A DNA stretch of 64,000 bases, from positions 6,752,001-6,816,000 of the forward strand of contig OY762069.1 of NCBI GenBank assembly GCA_963665095.1, in the 5' to 3' direction. The notes below the pieces were generated by a model, which saw nothing but the letters and a program-made list of their open reading frames with translations, was not told where the DNA came from and searched no databases. Of this stretch, positions 61,264 to 64,000 are shown in pieces. Numbering within the stretch: position 1 is the first letter of the stretch; each line of letters opens with the position of its first letter. The DNA is from an uncultured Desulfobacter sp. Lineage in GTDB: Bacteria > Desulfobacterota > Desulfobacteria > Desulfobacterales > Desulfobacteraceae. The translations under genes were made by a program, and so were the position numbers.

Positions 61264-61439
61264 TGTTTACCTCCTTTAAACGTATTGGAAAGAAATGTTT
61301 GAACAGTTGCCGTCCTGGCAGATTTGTGCTTTGTGCAAATTCGGTGCACAGTATATCAGATTGATCAGAGGATTTCCTGTAAAAACATACTGGTTTTTTA
61401 ATTGATGTGGGCGGCAGTTGGCTGAATGAAAAAAGTTAA

Positions 61440-61595
61440 GGCATTGCACAGAAATAAATTATGCAGATTGCGCCGAATTTTTATTCGTATTTAAGGCGGG
61501 GCAATGCGCGCATAACGAGCTATGTAAGTGTTGCCCCAACGAAAAATACGGATAAAAAGGCAAGCAAGATGTGTGATTTATTTTTTTGCAATGCC
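61440..61595. mobile_element. 156-bp MITE
   Basis: TIRs GGCATTGCACAGAAATAAAT / GGCATTGCAAAAAAATAAAT; TAA on both flanks (61437-39, 61596-98); nested internal IRs; no ORF. Confidence 0.75.
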
Positions 61596-61609
61596 TAAGC
61601 TTTTGAAAT

Positions 61610-61639
61610 AAAAAAAAGCCACTGCAATGACAGTAGCTT
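61610..61639 (-). terminator. Terminator after tRNA-Ser pair
   Basis: Minus strand AAGCTACTG-TCATTG-CAGTGGCTT plus U-tract. Confidence 0.7.
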
Positions 61640-61649
61640 AATTTGTTAC

Positions 61650-61741
61650 TGGCGGAGAAGGAGAGATTCGAACTCTCGGTGGAAGTTTCCCCCCACAACC
61701 GCTTAGCAGGCGGTCCATTTCAGCCACTCATGCACTTCTCC
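61650..61741 (-). tRNA. tRNA-Ser(GCT)
   Basis: 92 nt; ACCGC-CTGCTAA-GCGGT; long variable arm; GCCA end. Confidence 0.96.
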
Positions 61742-61752
61742 GCAAGTATTTT

Positions 61753-61840
61753 TGGCGGAGGAGGTAGGATTCGAACCCACGAGGCTGTTACACCTAACGG
61801 TTTTCAAGACCGCCGCCTTCAACCGCTCGGCCACTCCTCC
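61753..61840 (-). tRNA. tRNA-Ser(TGA)
   Basis: 88 nt; GCGGT-CTTGAAA-ACCGT; long variable arm; GCCA end. Confidence 0.96.
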
Positions 61841-61848
61841 AAAAATAA

Positions 61849-61884
61849 CCCGCGCAATATAACATCTTGTTTCTGGTTGGTCAA
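61849..61884 (-). promoter_or_regulatory. Stable-RNA promoter for tRNA-Ser pair
   Basis: TTGACC-17 bp-TATATT followed by GC-rich discriminator GCGCGGG. Confidence 0.65.
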
Positions 61885-62075
61885 TTAAAAAGTCAAAGAG
61901 AAAAAGGCAGAAATCAGACAAACAGATCATAGCCTGTACAACGGGCTTTTTATGTCCTTTATTTCCGGGAACAGCCTTATAAACAGCGGCTTAAAGACGT
62001 TTAAATCATTGACAGGTGAAATCAATGGGCTATATTAAGAAGTTTCAAGTCAATAGATGATAACAGGAGAAATTA

Positions 62076-62528
62076 ATGAAGCAAAAAATCAGGTTTGAAA
62101 AAAATACCAAAGATGGTGTGTTCACCGTGCTTGAATCCAGCGAGGTCGATCCGGGTGTCGTTATGCCGCTGCAGGAGGAGGAGTATGACCTTGATCAGGT
62201 GGCAAATGCCGTGGCAGAAGGGTTTACAGCCTTTTTAACCGTATTTCGGCGCCGCAGTTTTTTCCCCCCCAGGGATCTGTCCGAAAGATTATTTGAAAGT
62301 GCCCAGCAGTTTTTTGCCGACCCTGATGCTGATAAGGTTGAGATAGAATATAATGATATAGACGCCTTTCCCGGGGAAGAAGATTTCCGCCTTGATGACG
62401 ATGATGTGGAACTCGATGCGCTGCTGGATGAAGATGGGGATACCAAGGAAGACGAGATCAAAGAGATTGATGATGAAGATGATACCCCCAGATTCACCCC
62501 TGAAGATACTTCTGAACACGAGAATTAA
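62076..62528 (+). CDS. Highly acidic hypothetical protein (150 aa)
   Basis: AGGAG SD; TTGACA-16-TATATT upstream; D/E-rich C-terminal third. Confidence 0.75.
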   Translation: MKQKIRFEKNTKDGVFTVLESSEVDPGVVMPLQEEEYDLDQVANAVAEGFTAFLTVFRRRSFFPPRDLSERLFESAQQFFADPDADKVEIEYNDIDAFPGEEDFRLDDDDVELDALLDEDGDTKEDEIKEIDDEDDTPRFTPEDTSEHEN

Positions 62529-62534
62529 TTCCAT

Positions 62535-64000
62535 ATGAAAACAAAAATCAGAGCCATGGTCCTCAATGCCGCTGCCGTTGCTTTTGAAAAGGGCCTTTTG
62601 CCTTCAAACCAGGTACCGGATTTCGAGGTTGAGGTACCCAAGCATGACGGGCAGGGGGATTTTTCAACCAATTTTGCCATGGTTTCAGCCAAAACCCAAA
62701 AGATGGCGCCGGCTAAAATAGCTAAAATTATAGTAGATATTATGTCTTCGCCGGACGACAAGGAGATGGGACAGGCGCTCGAGAAAATAGAGACAGCCGG
62801 ACCCGGATTCATCAATTTTTTCCTGGCCCATTTTTCCTGGCACCCGGTGGTGGACCAGGTGCTGGCTCAGGATACTGCCTTTGGTGCCTCGGATTTTGGC
62901 AAAGATGAAAAAGTCCAGGTGGAGTTTGTCTCTGCCAATCCCACAGGCCCGCTTCATGTGGGGCATGGACGGGGTGCGGCTGTGGGTGATGCGGTGGGCA
63001 ATATCCTCTCCTTTGCCGGGTTTGATGTACAAAAGGAGTATTATATTAATGATTCCGGCCGTCAGATCCGTACCCTTGGTACCTCTGTATGGCTGCGCTT
63101 GCAGCAGTCCCAGGGCAAAGAGATTGATTTTCCGGAGGATTGCTACCAGGGGGATTATATCCGCACCCTGGCCCAGGAGGTGCTTGACGCCCGGGGGGTG
63201 GACGTGGTTGAGGTCCCTGATGCTGAAGGTATAGATATCTGTGCCCGCTTTGCGGCCGGCAGGATTCTGGAAGATATCCGGTCAGACCTTGATGCTTTCG
63301 GGGTGGGTTTTGATAACTGGTTCAGTGAGCAGAGCCTTTATGATTCCGGCCGGGTGGCATCGGCCATTGAGAATTTTAAGCAGAAAGACCTGATTTATGA
63401 AAAGGACGGTGCTTTATGGTTCCGTACAGAACAGTTCGGAGATGAAAAAGACCGGGTGGTGGTTCGAAATAACGGGCTGACCACCTATTTTGCCTCGGAT
63501 ATTGCCTACCATGATGAAAAATATGAACGCGGGTTTGACCGGGTTATTGATGTCTGGGGCGCAGACCATCACGGATACATTAATCGGATTAATGCGGCTG
63601 TTGTGGCCACAGGGCGTAAAAGTGAACAGTTTGAGGTTATTCTGGTGCGGCTGGTTAACCTGCTCCGGGACGGCCAGCCCGTACAGATGTCCACCCGGGC
63701 CGGGGAATTTGTGACCCTTAAAGATATTGTGGACGAAGTGGGCAAAGATGCGGCAAGGTTTATGTTTTTGAGCCGCAGTTATGATTCCGGACTGGACTTT
63801 GATCTGGAACTGGCCAAGAAAAAAAGTTCTGACAATCCAGTGTATTATGTGCAGTATGTCCATGCCAGAATCAGCGGCATTTTAGGCAAGGCAATGGAGC
63901 AAGGCTTTATTGAACAGGCGGATTTTAATAAGGGTGTTCATCTTGACCTGCTTGTGGCGGAAGAGGAATTAAAGCTGATCAAGCATCTGGCAGGATTTAA
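62535..64000 (+). CDS. argS: Arginyl-tRNA synthetase (3' end outside window; not in ORF track)
   Basis: From ATG 62535: [62 protein letters not shown]. Confidence 0.96.
   Translation, partial: MKTKIRAMVLNAAAVAFEKGLLPSNQVPDFEVEVPKHDGQGDFSTNFAMVSAKTQKMAPAKIAKIIVDIMSSPDDKEMGQALEKIETAGPGFINFFLAHFSWHPVVDQVLAQDTAFGASDFGKDEKVQVEFVSANPTGPLHVGHGRGAAVGDAVGNILSFAGFDVQKEYYINDSGRQIRTLGTSVWLRLQQSQGKEIDFPEDCYQGDYIRTLAQEVLDARGVDVVEVPDAEGIDICARFAAGRILEDIRSDLDAFGVGFDNWFSEQSLYDSGRVASAIENFKQKDLIYEKDGALWFRTEQFGDEKDRVVVRNNGLTTYFASDIAYHDEKYERGFDRVIDVWGADHHGYINRINAAVVATGRKSEQFEVILVRLVNLLRDGQPVQMSTRAGEFVTLKDIVDEVGKDAARFMFLSRSYDSGLDFDLELAKKKSSDNPVYYVQYVHARISGILGKAMEQGFIEQADFNKGVHLDLLVAEEELKLIKHLAGF

Noticed and set aside
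61753..61840. Possible selenocysteine or suppressor tRNA
   Set aside because: Anticodon is TGA (reads TCA, Ser), with a normal 7-bp acceptor stem; tRNA-Sec has anticodon TCA.
61643..61930. ORFs 61643..61888 and 61703..61930
   Set aside because: Translations of the two tRNA-Ser genes.

Overview
Chromosomal window from a sulfate-reducing deltaproteobacterium, probably Desulfobacteraceae (inferred from gene content and style, not from a search). Most of it is housekeeping: paaK-ACT, enoyl-CoA hydratase, amidase, mutS, a partial hut cluster (hutI/hutC/hutH) with a HutC operator, an rpoH-TPR-mrp-dgt cluster, ndk, coaE, rho-rpmE-prfA-prmC, rpsB-tsf-pyrH-frr-uppS-cdsA-dxr-rseP-purL-purQ, nth, proline dehydrogenase, MocR/EamA, rnj-ftsK and the 5' part of argS, plus four tRNAs (Arg-TCT, Gln-CTG, Ser-GCT, Ser-TGA). 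Accessory DNA: (1) an 1850-bp IS1380-family element with AATTA target duplication just upstream of rpoH; (2) a 3.0-kb integrative element in tRNA-Gln(CTG), bounded by a 48-bp att repeat that differs only by a compensatory T-stem base-pair swap, with identical 24-bp arm-type repeats, an intact tyrosine integrase, an addiction antitoxin/ParE pair, a dead hicB, and an unknown 168-aa ORF preceded by a predicted three-way-junction RNA whose loop is complementary to that ORF's ribosome-binding region; (3) a 156-bp MITE and smaller TIR remnants. A solitary NeuC-like protein with a sigma-54-type promoter has lost most catalytic motifs and looks like a pseudo-enzyme. All calls come from reading the sequence; no searches or folding programs were run.
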